DNA of 32,000 nucleotides from Erysipelotrichaceae bacterium (lineage in GTDB: Bacteria; Bacillota_I; Bacilli_A; Erysipelotrichales; Coprobacillaceae). Below are positions 19,931-29,702 of the stretch, one piece after another. The stretch spans positions 1 through 32,000 of the forward strand of contig JAQVDW010000009.1 in NCBI GenBank assembly GCA_028698185.1. The letters run 5' to 3'. Position numbers and translations under genes: made by a program. Under the pieces are notes generated by a model. It worked only from the letters and a program-made list of their open reading frames with translations, had not been told where the DNA came from and searched no databases. Each line of letters opens with the position of its first letter. Positions within the stretch are counted from its first letter, which is position 1.

Positions 19931-19944
19931 CATTTCTGTGCTAA
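19918..19944. promoter_or_regulatory. CIRCE operator 2, overlapping the -35
   Basis: TTAGCACTG-N9-CTGTGCTAA is an inverted repeat with 1-2 mismatches per arm to the CIRCE consensus. It contains the TTGACA -35 hexamer. Confidence 0.75.
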
Positions 19945-19969
19945 AAAGCACCATGAAAATCAGTCGCAC

Positions 19970-19998
19970 AAAAAAAGGCGGATCATAAAAAATCCACC
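19970..19998 (-). terminator. terminator-like hairpin at the hemW stop
   Basis: Minus strand: GGUGGAU-(8-nt loop containing the TGA stop)-AUCCGCC followed by U7 (plus-strand A-run 19970-19976). Confidence 0.55.
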
Positions 19999-21068
19999 AG
20001 GATGCTGTTGAGATTGTCGTAGGCATTCTTACTTAAAACAAGAAATCCATCCCTGATCATCATCGTGTGACCGAGATGTTTGGCCAGCACTTTCCTGTAA
20101 AATTTTTCAAAATCCACCTGATAGCGTTGGTTGAAACCTTCAAGATCCAGGCCCTCCTTGAGCCTGAGGGACATCATGATATGGTTGAACATCGTCTCCT
20201 TTTGGCTTTGTTCGCTGACTTCCTGGATGTTTTCCCCGCCAAGATATTTGTACAGATTGCGGTTGTTCTGGATGATCCGGTCATCGATCTTGCTCGCCGC
20301 TCCGACACCGACACCTAGATAGTTGCAATAATGCCAGTATGCCAGATTGTGGCGCGACTCAAACCCGAGTTTGGCATAATTGGATACCTCATAATGCTTG
20401 TAACCATTGGCTTCCAGGCAGCCATCTATGAGCTTGGAGATTTCGCCCAGACTTTCATCCTCAAGTTCCGGATAGCTTTCCCGGGCGATCATCGTATGCT
20501 CCTCAAGAATCAGACTGTAATAGGAAACGTGGGGCACGTCCAGATTAATTAGATGGTCGAGGTCATTCTTGATGTCAGCCATTGTCTGGCCTTTTAGACC
20601 GTACATCAGATCGATGTTGATATTTGCTATGCCCGCCTTCTTCAACAAGGCCACAGTTTCATCGACCATCGCATTATTATGCCTGCGGTTGAGCGATTGC
20701 AGCAGATCCTCGTTGAACGTCTGGACGCCAAGCGAGACCCGGTTGACCCGGTATTTTTTCAATAGGGCGATTTTTCCTGGCTTAAGCGACTCCGGATTGG
20801 CCTCAATGGTGAACTCGGCCCCGTGCTCGAGATAATCCTGGAGCCCTTGAAGCAGTGTCTCAAGCTGCGACTCATCCAGGGCCGATGGCGTTCCCCCACC
20901 GATATAGATTGTCTTGTACCGGTTTTGAGCCCGCCTGCGCAACTCGTCGAACAGCGCAACAAGATAGCGGTCAGCCAGTTCGCCGCTGTAATAAACTTTG
21001 GCGAAATCGCAGTAGGTGCAGATGTTGTCGCAAAAAGGGATATGGACATACAGACTTTCAGTCTTCAT
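19983..21068 (-). CDS. hemW: radical SAM heme chaperone HemW (HemN-like, oxygen-independent coproporphyrinogen oxidase family)
   Basis: Radical SAM motif CDNICTYCDF near the N-terminus (SLYVHIPFC). Conserved position upstream of hrcA. ATG 21068 was chosen; TTG 21074 is an alternative. Confidence 0.85.
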   Translation of the reverse strand: MKTESLYVHIPFCDNICTYCDFAKVYYSGELADRYLVALFDELRRRAQNRYKTIYIGGGTPSALDESQLETLLQGLQDYLEHGAEFTIEANPESLKPGKIALLKKYRVNRVSLGVQTFNEDLLQSLNRRHNNAMVDETVALLKKAGIANINIDLMYGLKGQTMADIKNDLDHLINLDVPHVSYYSLILEEHTMIARESYPELEDESLGEISKLIDGCLEANGYKHYEVSNYAKLGFESRHNLAYWHYCNYLGVGVGAASKIDDRIIQNNRNLYKYLGGENIQEVSEQSQKETMFNHIMMSLRLKEGLDLEGFNQRYQVDFEKFYRKVLAKHLGHTMMIRDGFLVLSKNAYDNLNSILVDFL

Positions 21069-22275
21069 CGACAAGCAACTCCTTTGCCAGCCCGCCTAGT
21101 GACGTCTCCTTGTAGGCGGCATTGAGATCCTTGCCGGTGTTTTTCATCACGTTGATCACCGCATCGAGGCTGACCCGGTTCTTGCGCAGATAGCCAAGCT
21201 GTTTGGCGTACATCGCACTGTCGACTGCCCTGAGGGTGGCAAAACCGTTTCTTTCGATGCAGGGAATCTGGACATAGCCCCCGACCGGATCGCAGGTCAG
21301 GCCAAGATTGTGTTCAAGACCCATTTCCGCCGCATATTCGATCAGGCTGTTGTTGAGCTCAAGAATCCACGCCACCCCGGCCGCAGCCATCGCACAAGCC
21401 GAACCGATCTCGGCCTGACAGCCGCCGTCAGCTCCCGAGATGGTCGCGTTTCTTTTTATGACGTTGCCTACGATTCCCATGACACAAAGGACGGGAACAA
21501 GATCGTCAACGGCCATATTCTCGTTGCGATGATAGTAATACAGGATTGCCGGGATAACGCCGCTTGCACCGCATGTCGGGGCAGTGACAATTGTATTGCC
21601 CGAGGCGTTTTGCTCGGTTGTCGCATAAGAATAAGCCGAGATCAACAGGCGCTTGCGGTCGTTGCCATCCCTTGTGTTTAGGGCATGCTGGTGCATGGAA
21701 CGGGCCACCCGCTCGAGCTTCAATTTCCCGGGCAATGTTCCACTTGTCTTTAGCCCCTGTTCCACTGCGGCAAACATGGTTTCGATGACTTTTTTGAGAT
21801 ACTCCTTAAGGCCGTCATCCTCGAACTGGAGGACGTACTCGTACAGGCTGATACCATTGTCTTCGATATATTCCTTTATCTGCGCGAAGTTTTCGTGGGG
21901 ATAAATTTCCTCTTTGGGGCTTTGATTTTTTCCTTCATAAACCAGGGTTCCTCCGCCCACGGAGTAGACCAGTTCGTTGGCTATCCGCCTTGTCTTGAAG
22001 AACACCTCAAAGCGCATGGCATTGGGATGAAAAGGCATGAATGAAGGATCGAAAATTATTTTGCAGCGCTCGGGCTGAAAAACCTTGATGATGGCCTCAT
22101 CGGTCAGATGGCCTTTGCCCGTCAAAGCCAGGGACCCGTAAAGAGTTACCTGGTAAAACTTATCCGGTCCGTATTTTTGCAGCATCGCCTTGGCTGCGAG
22201 ATTCGGCCCCATCGTATGTGACGAAGACGGACCAAGGCCGATCTTGAACAATTCCTTGATTGATTCCATTGTCAT
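21058..22275 (-). CDS. sdaA: L-serine dehydratase, iron-sulfur dependent, single-chain form
   Basis: 405 aa with N-terminus FKIGLGPSSSHTMGP and Fe-S cysteines in CGASGV, CQAEIGSACAMAA and CDPVGGYVQIPCIERN. ATG overlaps the holA stop (ATGA). Confidence 0.85.
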   Translation of the reverse strand: MTMESIKELFKIGLGPSSSHTMGPNLAAKAMLQKYGPDKFYQVTLYGSLALTGKGHLTDEAIIKVFQPERCKIIFDPSFMPFHPNAMRFEVFFKTRRIANELVYSVGGGTLVYEGKNQSPKEEIYPHENFAQIKEYIEDNGISLYEYVLQFEDDGLKEYLKKVIETMFAAVEQGLKTSGTLPGKLKLERVARSMHQHALNTRDGNDRKRLLISAYSYATTEQNASGNTIVTAPTCGASGVIPAILYYYHRNENMAVDDLVPVLCVMGIVGNVIKRNATISGADGGCQAEIGSACAMAAAGVAWILELNNSLIEYAAEMGLEHNLGLTCDPVGGYVQIPCIERNGFATLRAVDSAMYAKQLGYLRKNRVSLDAVINVMKNTGKDLNAAYKETSLGGLAKELLVDED

Positions 22276-23219
22276 ATTTTCAATAAAAACAACTCGAAAC
22301 CGAGCTTTTTATCGATTCTCCCTGTCTTGATCTGAAAATCGAGCTGGGCCAGCTGGTTCAACAGGTCCTGAATCTGATCCAGGCTGTGGTACTTGCTGTC
22401 CTCCCGAATGTATTTGAGACGAAACCGGTTGATGTTGAGCATTTTCGCGATTTCCCCGTCGTTGTAGCCTTTGCGGTCAAGAAGGCTGACCTGGTAGAGC
22501 AGTCTTAGCGCATTGGCGAGCAGGACGATAAGCTTGATCGGTTCCTCGTTTAGCACCATAAGATCCCGGTATATCCCAAACATCCTTGAGCGGTCCTTTT
22601 TCAAAATCGCATTTTGCAACTCAAAAATATTTTCCTCAAGAGGCTTCAATATAACCTTGGCGACTGCCTCGCGGTCGATATCCTTGGTGTAAAGCGTAAG
22701 TTTCTCAACGTTCATTATCGCCTCGAGCAATCCGCCACTATGACGCAACAGCAGCATCTCCAGGGCATCGTTGGTGATGGTCGCTTGTCTCTTGGCGATC
22801 ATCTGGCGATAGCTGTCGGACAGCTTCTGGTGGGTCAGGCTTGAGAATTTGTATATTTTTCCGATCTGGTTGAGCTGCTTGACAATTTTCTTTCGCTCAT
22901 CGAGCTTGTCGTAATCCAGGTAGAAAACCAGGTGATTTGATTCATCGCACAACTCCAGGCATTTTTGGATCTTGGCATCATCAACCTGGATCTTGCTTTT
23001 TTGACCGGTAAGGAACATAGGGTTCCTTACCACGACCAGCTTGTTGTCCGCCAGAAATCCCGGCGTGGCCAGATCCTGGATGACCGCCTCAATCGGTGAT
23101 TGCTCCAGGTCATAACTGCTGTAATTGAGCAATTCATCATGGCAGTTGAGCTGCTTTTTGAGCTTTTCCAGCTGCTTTTCCATCAAATAATGTTCCTGGC
23201 CATATATCACAAAAATCAT
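22272..23219 (-). CDS. holA: DNA polymerase III subunit delta
   Basis: 315 aa with a HolA-like N-terminus (IYGQEHYLMEKQLEKL). Conserved position immediately downstream of comEC. Confidence 0.8.
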   Translation of the reverse strand: MIFVIYGQEHYLMEKQLEKLKKQLNCHDELLNYSSYDLEQSPIEAVIQDLATPGFLADNKLVVVRNPMFLTGQKSKIQVDDAKIQKCLELCDESNHLVFYLDYDKLDERKKIVKQLNQIGKIYKFSSLTHQKLSDSYRQMIAKRQATITNDALEMLLLRHSGGLLEAIMNVEKLTLYTKDIDREAVAKVILKPLEENIFELQNAILKKDRSRMFGIYRDLMVLNEEPIKLIVLLANALRLLYQVSLLDRKGYNDGEIAKMLNINRFRLKYIREDSKYHSLDQIQDLLNQLAQLDFQIKTGRIDKKLGFELFLLKI

Positions 23220-23245
23220 CTTCTCACCCCTTCTACAATAGGGTT

Positions 23246-23254
23246 ATTATAGCA
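23246..23254 (-). promoter_or_regulatory. possible extended -10 element upstream of holA
   Basis: The minus strand reads TGCTATAAT in the 38-nt comEC-holA spacer, about 26 nt before ATG 23219. Confidence 0.3.
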
Positions 23255-23257
23255 CAG

Positions 23258-25264
23258 TTACTTCAAATAAGGAAAAAGATAATTTCTTGAACCGGGCAGA
23301 TATCCGATTTCCAACGCACCGTTTCTATCGGTGCGTTGAATTTTCACCCCGTAACTTTCAAGCAGTCCCGTCACCTGGAAAGAAGGGTGGTTATAGGGAT
23401 TGTCCAGTCCCACGGATATAAGAGCAAGTCTTGGCTTGAAGGCCTGAAGCAACGTCTCGCTCGTGGCAGTGTTCGACCCGTGGTGGGAAACCTTGAGAAC
23501 ATCCACTTCCAGCTGCCCATAGCTGGCTACAATCGTGTTTTCGACCTCTTTGGAAACGTCGCCTAGAAACAGATAACCAAGATCATTGATGATGGTATGG
23601 ATGACCAGGGAGTTATCGTTTTTATCACCGTAATCATGCAGATCGAGGATTTCCAGGGCCAGATCGCCTACGACCAGCTCACCTTGGTATTCGCGGACCG
23701 TTTCGCCAATGGGGATCAGGTTAGCCAGGCTTTCATAGGCCCCACTGTGGTCGTAATCGTTGTGGCTCAGGATGACACAATCAAGATTGAACACCCCCAA
23801 TGAGTGCAGGTAAGGAACCGTCACATTTTTTGCCAGGTCAAAACTGATATTGCCTCCGGTATCGATCAGGATGTTGCCCCGATTGAAGGGCTGCTTGACC
23901 AAGAAACAATCACCCTGGCCCACATCGATCATCACGACCTTGCCAACCGGGGAAAACATCAGAAACAGCGAATAACCCAGGGCCAGTCCGATCAGTCGGG
24001 CAATATCCCTTCTTATAGGCAAATTGCCGCTCAATCGGGCGATAAGCAGCAGGTAATGGAAATAATAGATTCCGATGAACACCTCACCAGGCCGGCCGAA
24101 GTTGAGATACAGGCTCATCGTCGAGCCCAGGGTGAGGATGTTTTCGAACACCCTGATAAAAAGGACAACCGCCGAATCGAGTGCTCCGCCCATCAAGGCA
24201 TTGACCAGAATCACCAGATAGAACCATTTGACAAAGGGACCGATGATGGCTGCCAGAACCATCCCCACCAGATTCAGTCGGTAGTTGACCGCCAGGATCA
24301 AGGGCACGCTACCTAAATAGAGGATGGCATCACTGAACTTGAAATTCCCGATCAGCAGCAGGATCAGGTAGATCGCAAACGAAAATATGAAGCTAAGCGA
24401 GTATATTACATAGGGGTTTTTAAGAATGAACGCAATTCCCACCAACCCCAGGCAGTCCAGCTTGTTGAAGCGATCCTTGAAAAGCCACCAGAAAAGACCG
24501 ACCCCGAAAGCCCTCGTGAAGGCGAGATTCAAGGGGATGTTGAGCAGATAAACCCCGATGATTATATTACTGGCGATATCCATATGGGTTCGCCCGACAA
24601 AAAATCCCAACAGCTTTTTTATGAGTTCTTTGAGATAGTCGAGATGCATCCCCGACAAGGCAAAAAGATGGATGATCGAAAGTTCGACCATCCTCGTGGC
24701 ATCGATATTTTCATCCTTGATTCCCAGGATGAACATCTTGCTGTAGGAATCGACCGGGGTGTCGCCTTGGAATCTTGATGCCAGAAAGTCCTTGAGCCCC
24801 GCCCTTCGCTCCATTACCTCGACCGCTTCACACCAAGCAACCTGGGAGATGCCCTGGGTTTTTAGATACTGTGCGTAATCGAAACCTCCGGGGTTTTTGT
24901 AGGGAACACTGGAAAATGATGCCAGATCCATCCTGATGCGGTCATCATTGTCAAATTCAGCATCTTCAAAATAGACCAGAACTTTGGTCAAGGCCGTGGC
25001 GACAACCGCCTTGTTGCCATCCACCGATTCTACGACGCCTTCGATCTGGTCGTACTGCCTGTCTTCGACCTGGTAGAACCACCCGAAACAAATAAAGAAT
25101 ACAGTTGTGAATAAAAGCAAGACCGGTCGGGGAATTTTCATCTTCACGATGACAAAAGCCAGATATCCCGCCAGAACAACGATCCAAAGGACGCTGGTCT
25201 TGACCGCAAGCACGCCCAGAATTGCCGCGATGAAATGGTAGATCAAGGTGTTTTTCACAGGCAT
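23258..25264 (-). CDS. comEC: DNA internalisation competence protein ComEC/Rec2
   Basis: 668 aa, polytopic membrane N-terminal two-thirds plus a C-terminal metallo-beta-lactamase domain (HNDYDHSG, VSHHGS). Confidence 0.9.
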   Translation of the reverse strand: MPVKNTLIYHFIAAILGVLAVKTSVLWIVVLAGYLAFVIVKMKIPRPVLLLFTTVFFICFGWFYQVEDRQYDQIEGVVESVDGNKAVVATALTKVLVYFEDAEFDNDDRIRMDLASFSSVPYKNPGGFDYAQYLKTQGISQVAWCEAVEVMERRAGLKDFLASRFQGDTPVDSYSKMFILGIKDENIDATRMVELSIIHLFALSGMHLDYLKELIKKLLGFFVGRTHMDIASNIIIGVYLLNIPLNLAFTRAFGVGLFWWLFKDRFNKLDCLGLVGIAFILKNPYVIYSLSFIFSFAIYLILLLIGNFKFSDAILYLGSVPLILAVNYRLNLVGMVLAAIIGPFVKWFYLVILVNALMGGALDSAVVLFIRVFENILTLGSTMSLYLNFGRPGEVFIGIYYFHYLLLIARLSGNLPIRRDIARLIGLALGYSLFLMFSPVGKVVMIDVGQGDCFLVKQPFNRGNILIDTGGNISFDLAKNVTVPYLHSLGVFNLDCVILSHNDYDHSGAYESLANLIPIGETVREYQGELVVGDLALEILDLHDYGDKNDNSLVIHTIINDLGYLFLGDVSKEVENTIVASYGQLEVDVLKVSHHGSNTATSETLLQAFKPRLALISVGLDNPYNHPSFQVTGLLESYGVKIQRTDRNGALEIGYLPGSRNYLFPYLK

Positions 25265-25731
25265 AGAAACCCCCTGAGCTTGAGATATGTCTTCTCGCCA
25301 ATTCCGGAAACCTCCATAATCTCCTCAATTGTCTCAAACCGCTTGGAATTACGGTATGCGACGATTTTCATTGCAGTGACCGGCCCGATCCCCTTGATAG
25401 TTTGCAGCTCATCAATACCGGCTTCGTTGAGGGATACCAGGCCCGATGAGCTATCGAGATACAGATCGTGATTGTTTTGCAATACGGTTGTCATGTCGAA
25501 GTTGTAGACATTTTCCAGTCCGGCCCGGTCAAGAACTTCCTTGATTGTGGGCGGATGATTGAAAACCATGGAATCATCCCTGTCGCCAGAGAGCGTTATG
25601 GCGATTTCGATAACGGGATCGAGCGACTCGATTGTGCCATCATTGCCGATGAATTCAAACAAGGTCGCGGCAAGGATCAAAAAAGCCAGTGCAAGATACC
25701 TGATTTTGGCCATAAAAAAAGAGAGTCTCAC
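25255..25731 (-). CDS. comEA: competence protein ComEA (membrane-anchored HhH DNA receptor)
   Basis: N-terminal anchor ([11 protein letters not shown]) and tandem C-terminal helix-hairpin-helix motifs ([15 protein letters not shown]...VSGIGEKTY). The start is ambiguous: GTG 25731 overlaps the ruvB stop, and ATG 25713 has no SD. Confidence 0.85.
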   Translation of the reverse strand: MRLSFFMAKIRYLALAFLILAATLFEFIGNDGTIESLDPVIEIAITLSGDRDDSMVFNHPPTIKEVLDRAGLENVYNFDMTTVLQNNHDLYLDSSSGLVSLNEAGIDELQTIKGIGPVTAMKIVAYRNSKRFETIEEIMEVSGIGEKTYLKLRGFLCL

Positions 25732-25737
25732 TCTCTT
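25714..25737 (-). terminator. terminator-like hairpin at the ruvB/comEA junction
   Basis: Minus strand: AAGAGAGU-gag-ACUCUCUU (8 bp) is followed by U7 and then directly by ATG 25713. The ruvB TGA stop lies in the loop region. Confidence 0.45.
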
Positions 25738-26717
25738 GATATTTTCAGATGATGGTAGGCTTCGTCAGTGACCACCCGACCTCTTGGTGTCCGTTTGATG
25801 AAACCGATCTGCAGCAGGTAAGGCTCGTAGACATCTTCGAGGGTAGTCGCTTCTTCGCCGATTGAGGCGGCAATCGCCTCAAGCCCGACCGGACCACCCT
25901 GAAACCTTTCAATGATGCCGTAAAGATATTTGTGATCGACATCATCCAGGCCGCGGCTGTCGACCTTCAGCGACTCCAGCGCCTGCAGAGTCCGTTGATA
26001 GGTGATGGCCGAATCGTTGTAGAATGTCACGAAATCGCGCACCCGGCGGAAAAGCCGGTTGGCAATCCGGGGCGTTCCCCGCGATCTTTTCGCAAGCTCA
26101 TGCTGGGCCTGCTCCTCCATTTGAAGATCATAGACGCGGCTGGTCCGGCCGACAATCTTGACAAGCTCCTCTTCATTGTAGTACTGCAGCTTGGAAATTA
26201 TCCCGAAGCGGTCACGTAGTGGCGATGATAGGTCACCTGCCCTTGTCGTCGCCCCAACCAGGGTGAAAGGCGGCAGGTCAATGCGGATCGACCGGGAAGT
26301 GGCTTCCTTGCCGATGACCACATCGACGCAAAAATCCTCCATTGCCGGGTAGAGGATCTCCTCGACAACCTTGGACAGGCGGTGGATCTCATCGATAAAC
26401 AGGACATCTCCTGGCTGCAGCGATGTCAAAATCGCGACCAGATCCCCCGTCTTTTCGATGCTTGGCCCGGTTGTGATCTTGATGTTCGATCCCATCTCAT
26501 TGGCGATGATCATTGACATCGTCGTCTTCCCCAGTCCCGGCGGCCCGTAAAGGAGCACATGGTCCAGGGCCTCGTCGCGGATCTTGGCCGCCTGGACGAA
26601 AATCGCCAGATTCTTTTTCAAGTCGCTTTGGCCGACATACTCGTCAAAGCTAGCCGGGCGCAGGCTGCTTTCATCTTCAGTGACTACGCTGGCATCCAAT
26701 TCATTACTTCGTTCCAT
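25728..26717 (-). CDS. ruvB: Holliday junction branch migration helicase RuvB
   Basis: 329 aa with Walker [10 protein letters not shown], Walker B LFIDEIHR and a RuvB C-terminal winged helix. Confidence 0.97.
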   Translation of the reverse strand: MERSNELDASVVTEDESSLRPASFDEYVGQSDLKKNLAIFVQAAKIRDEALDHVLLYGPPGLGKTTMSMIIANEMGSNIKITTGPSIEKTGDLVAILTSLQPGDVLFIDEIHRLSKVVEEILYPAMEDFCVDVVIGKEATSRSIRIDLPPFTLVGATTRAGDLSSPLRDRFGIISKLQYYNEEELVKIVGRTSRVYDLQMEEQAQHELAKRSRGTPRIANRLFRRVRDFVTFYNDSAITYQRTLQALESLKVDSRGLDDVDHKYLYGIIERFQGGPVGLEAIAASIGEEATTLEDVYEPYLLQIGFIKRTPRGRVVTDEAYHHLKISRE

Positions 26718-26726
26718 CCTTACCTC

Positions 26727-27296
26727 CTACACACTGGCGAGAATCGCCAACGCCGCTTTGACATATCCATTGGTATCCAATTTCTGGTCACCGATAATCC
26801 TGATGACCTTTTCCACATCATTGTTCTTGTAACCCAGGGCGATAAGAACTTCCTTGGCTTCATCAAGGGAATCGTCGCCTTTGGCCTGGCCGGCAACCGG
26901 GCTGGCAACCAACTTCCCTTTGAGATCGAGGATGATCTGCTGGGCGGCTTTGGGGCCGACCCCCGGCAATTTTTTCAAATAGCTGACATCGCCTGTTTCA
27001 ATGGCCGCCACAATCGTCTGGAAATCATCATAGCCAAGGATGGCGATGGCCGTCTTTGGTCCGATATTCTTGACCTGGATCAGCTTTTCAAAGAAGAACT
27101 TCTCCTCGGAGTTGAGGAAGCCAAAAAGCGTATGGCCATCCTCTTTTATCTGCAAAAAGATATATAGCTTGACTTCCTGGTTCACTTTCACCTTCATCCC
27201 GTTTGGCATATGGACCAGATAGCCGATTCCGCTGTTGTCGATCACGACACTCGCCGGATTTGTTTCCACAATTGTCCCTTTTATATAACTGTACAT
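26727..27296 (-). CDS. ruvA: Holliday junction DNA-binding protein RuvA
   Basis: 189 aa with N-terminus MYSYIKG, an OB fold and HhH motifs (IGPKTA, LPGVGPKAA). RBS GAGGTGG. Confidence 0.95.
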   Translation of the reverse strand: MYSYIKGTIVETNPASVVIDNSGIGYLVHMPNGMKVKVNQEVKLYIFLQIKEDGHTLFGFLNSEEKFFFEKLIQVKNIGPKTAIAILGYDDFQTIVAAIETGDVSYLKKLPGVGPKAAQQIILDLKGKLVASPVAGQAKGDDSLDEAKEVLIALGYKNNDVEKVIRIIGDQKLDTNGYVKAALAILASV

Positions 27297-27398
27297 CTTG
27301 CCACCTCTACTTCATTATAACCGCATTTTTCCGGTTTTGGTCCCGATTTTGTTCCACCTAATTGTACCAAATTCCCGCGCTGTTTTAAAGTTCCCGAT

Positions 27399-27433
27399 TA
27401 AAAAAATAAAACCCCATTATTTCCATAATGAGG
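27399..27433 (-). terminator. rho-independent terminator of obg
   Basis: Minus strand: CCUCAUUAU-ggaa-AUAAUGGGG (one G-U pair) followed by a U-rich tract (plus-strand A-rich run 27399-27411). Confidence 0.65.
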
Positions 27434-27444
27434 TCAAATTTCAA

Positions 27445-28728
27445 TTATTCCATGAACTCGAATTCGAAATCAAGGATGCGCACGCTGTCGCCGTTTTGAA
27501 CTCCAGCTTCACGCAAGGCATCGTCGATTCCCATGTTACGCATCTGGATCGACAACCGTTTGATCGAATCATCGGAAACAAGCGAAGTCATCGCCACGAG
27601 ACGTTCGATTTTCTTGCCTTTGATCAGCCACATTCCGTTGCCTTCATTGACAATCGTGAATGGTTTTTCGACTTCCTTGGCGAATGTATATTCAACCACG
27701 TTGTCCTGGTCGACTTCTTCACCGGCAATCGCCACCTTGTCAAGAGCGTCAGCCACAGCATAAAGCACCTGGTCTACCCCTTCATGGATGATCGCGCTGA
27801 TCGGGAATACCGGATAGTCTTCCTTAAGCTGTTCCTTGAAGCGCTTCAGGTTGTCCGGGGCATTCTCTTCGTCCATCTTGTTGGCGACTATTATCTGCGG
27901 TCTGGCCAACAGGTCGTACTTGTACTGTCCTAGCTCCTCGTTGATCTTGACATAGTCATCATAAGGGTCACGGCCTTCAGTCGCCCCCATGTCGATGACA
28001 TGGACGATGACACGGCACCGTTCGATATGGCGTAAAAACTGCAGTCCAAGACCTTTACCCTGGCTGGCTCCTTCAATCAGTCCCGGCAAATCGGCCATGA
28101 CGAAAGAACGGCCATCAGGAACCTGGACAACCCCCAGATTTGGAACAATTGTCGTGAAATGGTAATCGGCAATCTCCGGACGCGCCCGGGAAACAACCGA
28201 CAGCAGAGTCGATTTACCCACCGAAGGGAATCCTACCAGACCGACATCGGCCAGCAGTTTCAACTCGCAGACAAGATCCAGGATTTCACCCGGCTCCCCG
28301 CGTTCGCAGATCAAAGGGGCCGGATTGCGCGATGTCGCAAATCGCGTATTCCCGCGCCCTCCGCGTCCGCCTTTGGCAATCATTGCCTTTTGTTTGTCGG
28401 CGGTCAGATCGGCCAGGATTTTTCCGGTCTCCTTTTCGTAAATGACAGTCCCGACCGGAACCCGGATAACCAAATCCTTGGCATCGGCCCCGTGACATTT
28501 TTTAGGCATTCCGTTTTGGCCCGGTTTGGCCTTGTACTCGCGGTTGTACTTCAAATCCAACAAGGTCGTCAGCGATGTTGTCGCTTCAAAGATGACCGAC
28601 CCACCTTTTCCGCCGTCACCACCGGCAGGTCCGCCTTTAGGCACAAAGGCTTCACGACGGAAGGCAACAACCCCGTCACCACCCTTGCCCGATTCGACGT
28701 GGATATTTGCTTTATCGATAAATTTCAA
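27445..28728 (-). CDS. obg: GTPase Obg/CgtA
   Basis: 427 aa with a glycine-rich Obg fold ([18 protein letters not shown]), G motifs ([17 protein letters not shown]) and a C-terminal OCT domain. TTG start at 28728 lies after AGGAGG. Confidence 0.95.
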   Translation of the reverse strand: MKFIDKANIHVESGKGGDGVVAFRREAFVPKGGPAGGDGGKGGSVIFEATTSLTTLLDLKYNREYKAKPGQNGMPKKCHGADAKDLVIRVPVGTVIYEKETGKILADLTADKQKAMIAKGGRGGRGNTRFATSRNPAPLICERGEPGEILDLVCELKLLADVGLVGFPSVGKSTLLSVVSRARPEIADYHFTTIVPNLGVVQVPDGRSFVMADLPGLIEGASQGKGLGLQFLRHIERCRVIVHVIDMGATEGRDPYDDYVKINEELGQYKYDLLARPQIIVANKMDEENAPDNLKRFKEQLKEDYPVFPISAIIHEGVDQVLYAVADALDKVAIAGEEVDQDNVVEYTFAKEVEKPFTIVNEGNGMWLIKGKKIERLVAMTSLVSDDSIKRLSIQMRNMGIDDALREAGVQNGDSVRILDFEFEFME

Positions 28729-28752
28729 AGTAATTCCTCCTTTCTACTTTCT

Positions 28753-28778
28753 AAAAAAAAAAAGCCCACTAGGGCTTT
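28753..28778 (-). terminator. rho-independent terminator after rpmA
   Basis: Minus strand: AAAGCCC-tagt-GGGCTTT followed by a U-run of about 11 (plus-strand A-run 28753-28763). Confidence 0.7.
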
Positions 28779-28781
28779 TCG

Positions 28782-29066
28782 TTACGCTGCTGGGTAAACA
28801 GATACTTGTTTACGATCTCTTCCTAATCTTTCGAATTTAACTACCCCATCAACAGTTGCAAATAAAGTGTCATCGCCACCTTTACCTACGTTAGTACCTG
28901 GATGAATTTTAGTTCCTCTTTGACGGTAGATAATTGATCCTGCAGTACAGAATTGACCATCAGATAATTTAGCTCCTAATCTTCTTCCTTTTGAGTCACG
29001 TCCATTTTTAGTTGAACCTACCCCTTTTTTAGAAGCGAATAATTGTAAATTTAATTTTAACATCAT
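28782..29066 (-). CDS. rpmA: 50S ribosomal protein L27, with cleavable N-terminal extension
   Basis: 94 aa, [25 protein letters not shown]... This is the L27 core preceded by the Bacillota-type propeptide ending in LQLF before ASKK. Confidence 0.95.
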   Translation of the reverse strand: MMLKLNLQLFASKKGVGSTKNGRDSKGRRLGAKLSDGQFCTAGSIIYRQRGTKIHPGTNVGKGGDDTLFATVDGVVKFERLGRDRKQVSVYPAA

Positions 29067-29070
29067 TGTG

Positions 29071-29394
29071 TTACACCTCCACTTTTGTGATTTTCAGATT
29101 ATCATTGTGAGATTCTTCCACAGTCATCAGTCCTATCATCAGTGTCTCTAGTATCACTTGATAATCGGCCTGGTAACTCAGAACTTGAATATCGATAAAA
29201 CCCTCATCAATTTCATAGATGCAATCCGGTTTTTTGAACGCCCCTTTGTAATCCAAGGTGTTCAAGATAGCGTAACCTAAGGTGCTTACCCCGGCACACA
29301 CCAGGTCGAACCCAGGTTCACCCGAATATGCATGGCCTGAAATCGTGATCTGTTTGATTTTTTGACTGCTACTTTTGATAGTAACGGCGATCAT
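29071..29394 (-). CDS. prp: ribosomal-processing cysteine protease Prp (YsxB family)
   Basis: 107 aa with SGHA and LVCAGVS motifs (His/Cys dyad). Located between rplU and rpmA. ATG overlaps the rplU stop (TAATG). Confidence 0.85.
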   Translation of the reverse strand: MIAVTIKSSSQKIKQITISGHAYSGEPGFDLVCAGVSTLGYAILNTLDYKGAFKKPDCIYEIDEGFIDIQVLSYQADYQVILETLMIGLMTVEESHNDNLKITKVEV

Positions 29395-29702
29395 TATCCG
29401 TTAATTGCAGTAATAGTTAATTTTGTATAAGGTTGTCTGTGACCTTGTTTTTTATGGTAATGCTTTTTAGCGTTATATTTGAAAATAGTCACTTTCTTTT
29501 CTTTACCTTGTTTTTCAACAGTTGCAGTAACAGTAGCACCTTCTACGAATGGAGCTCCAATTTTTGAAGCTTCTCCACCTACGAATAACACTTTGTCAAA
29601 AGTATATTCCGCTCCTGCTTCTACATCTAATTTTTCAACGAAAATTGTTGAACCTTCTTCAACTTTTAATTGTTTTCCGCCTGTTTCGATAATTGCGTAC
29701 AT
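29394..29702 (-). CDS. rplU: 50S ribosomal protein L21
   Basis: [17 protein letters not shown]... Start set to ATG 29702, preceded by AGGAGGTG. The track start at 29762 is an upstream extension into the leader. Confidence 0.95.
   Translation of the reverse strand: MYAIIETGGKQLKVEEGSTIFVEKLDVEAGAEYTFDKVLFVGGEASKIGAPFVEGATVTATVEKQGKEKKVTIFKYNAKKHYHKKQGHRQPYTKLTITAING

Noticed and set aside
26559-28797. Plus-strand ORFs of 202, 211 and 212 aa (26559-27167, 27298-27933, 28159-28797)
   Set aside because: They are antisense to ruvB/ruvA and obg. They have no start context and no recognisable domains. The host codon pattern leaves the opposite strand open.
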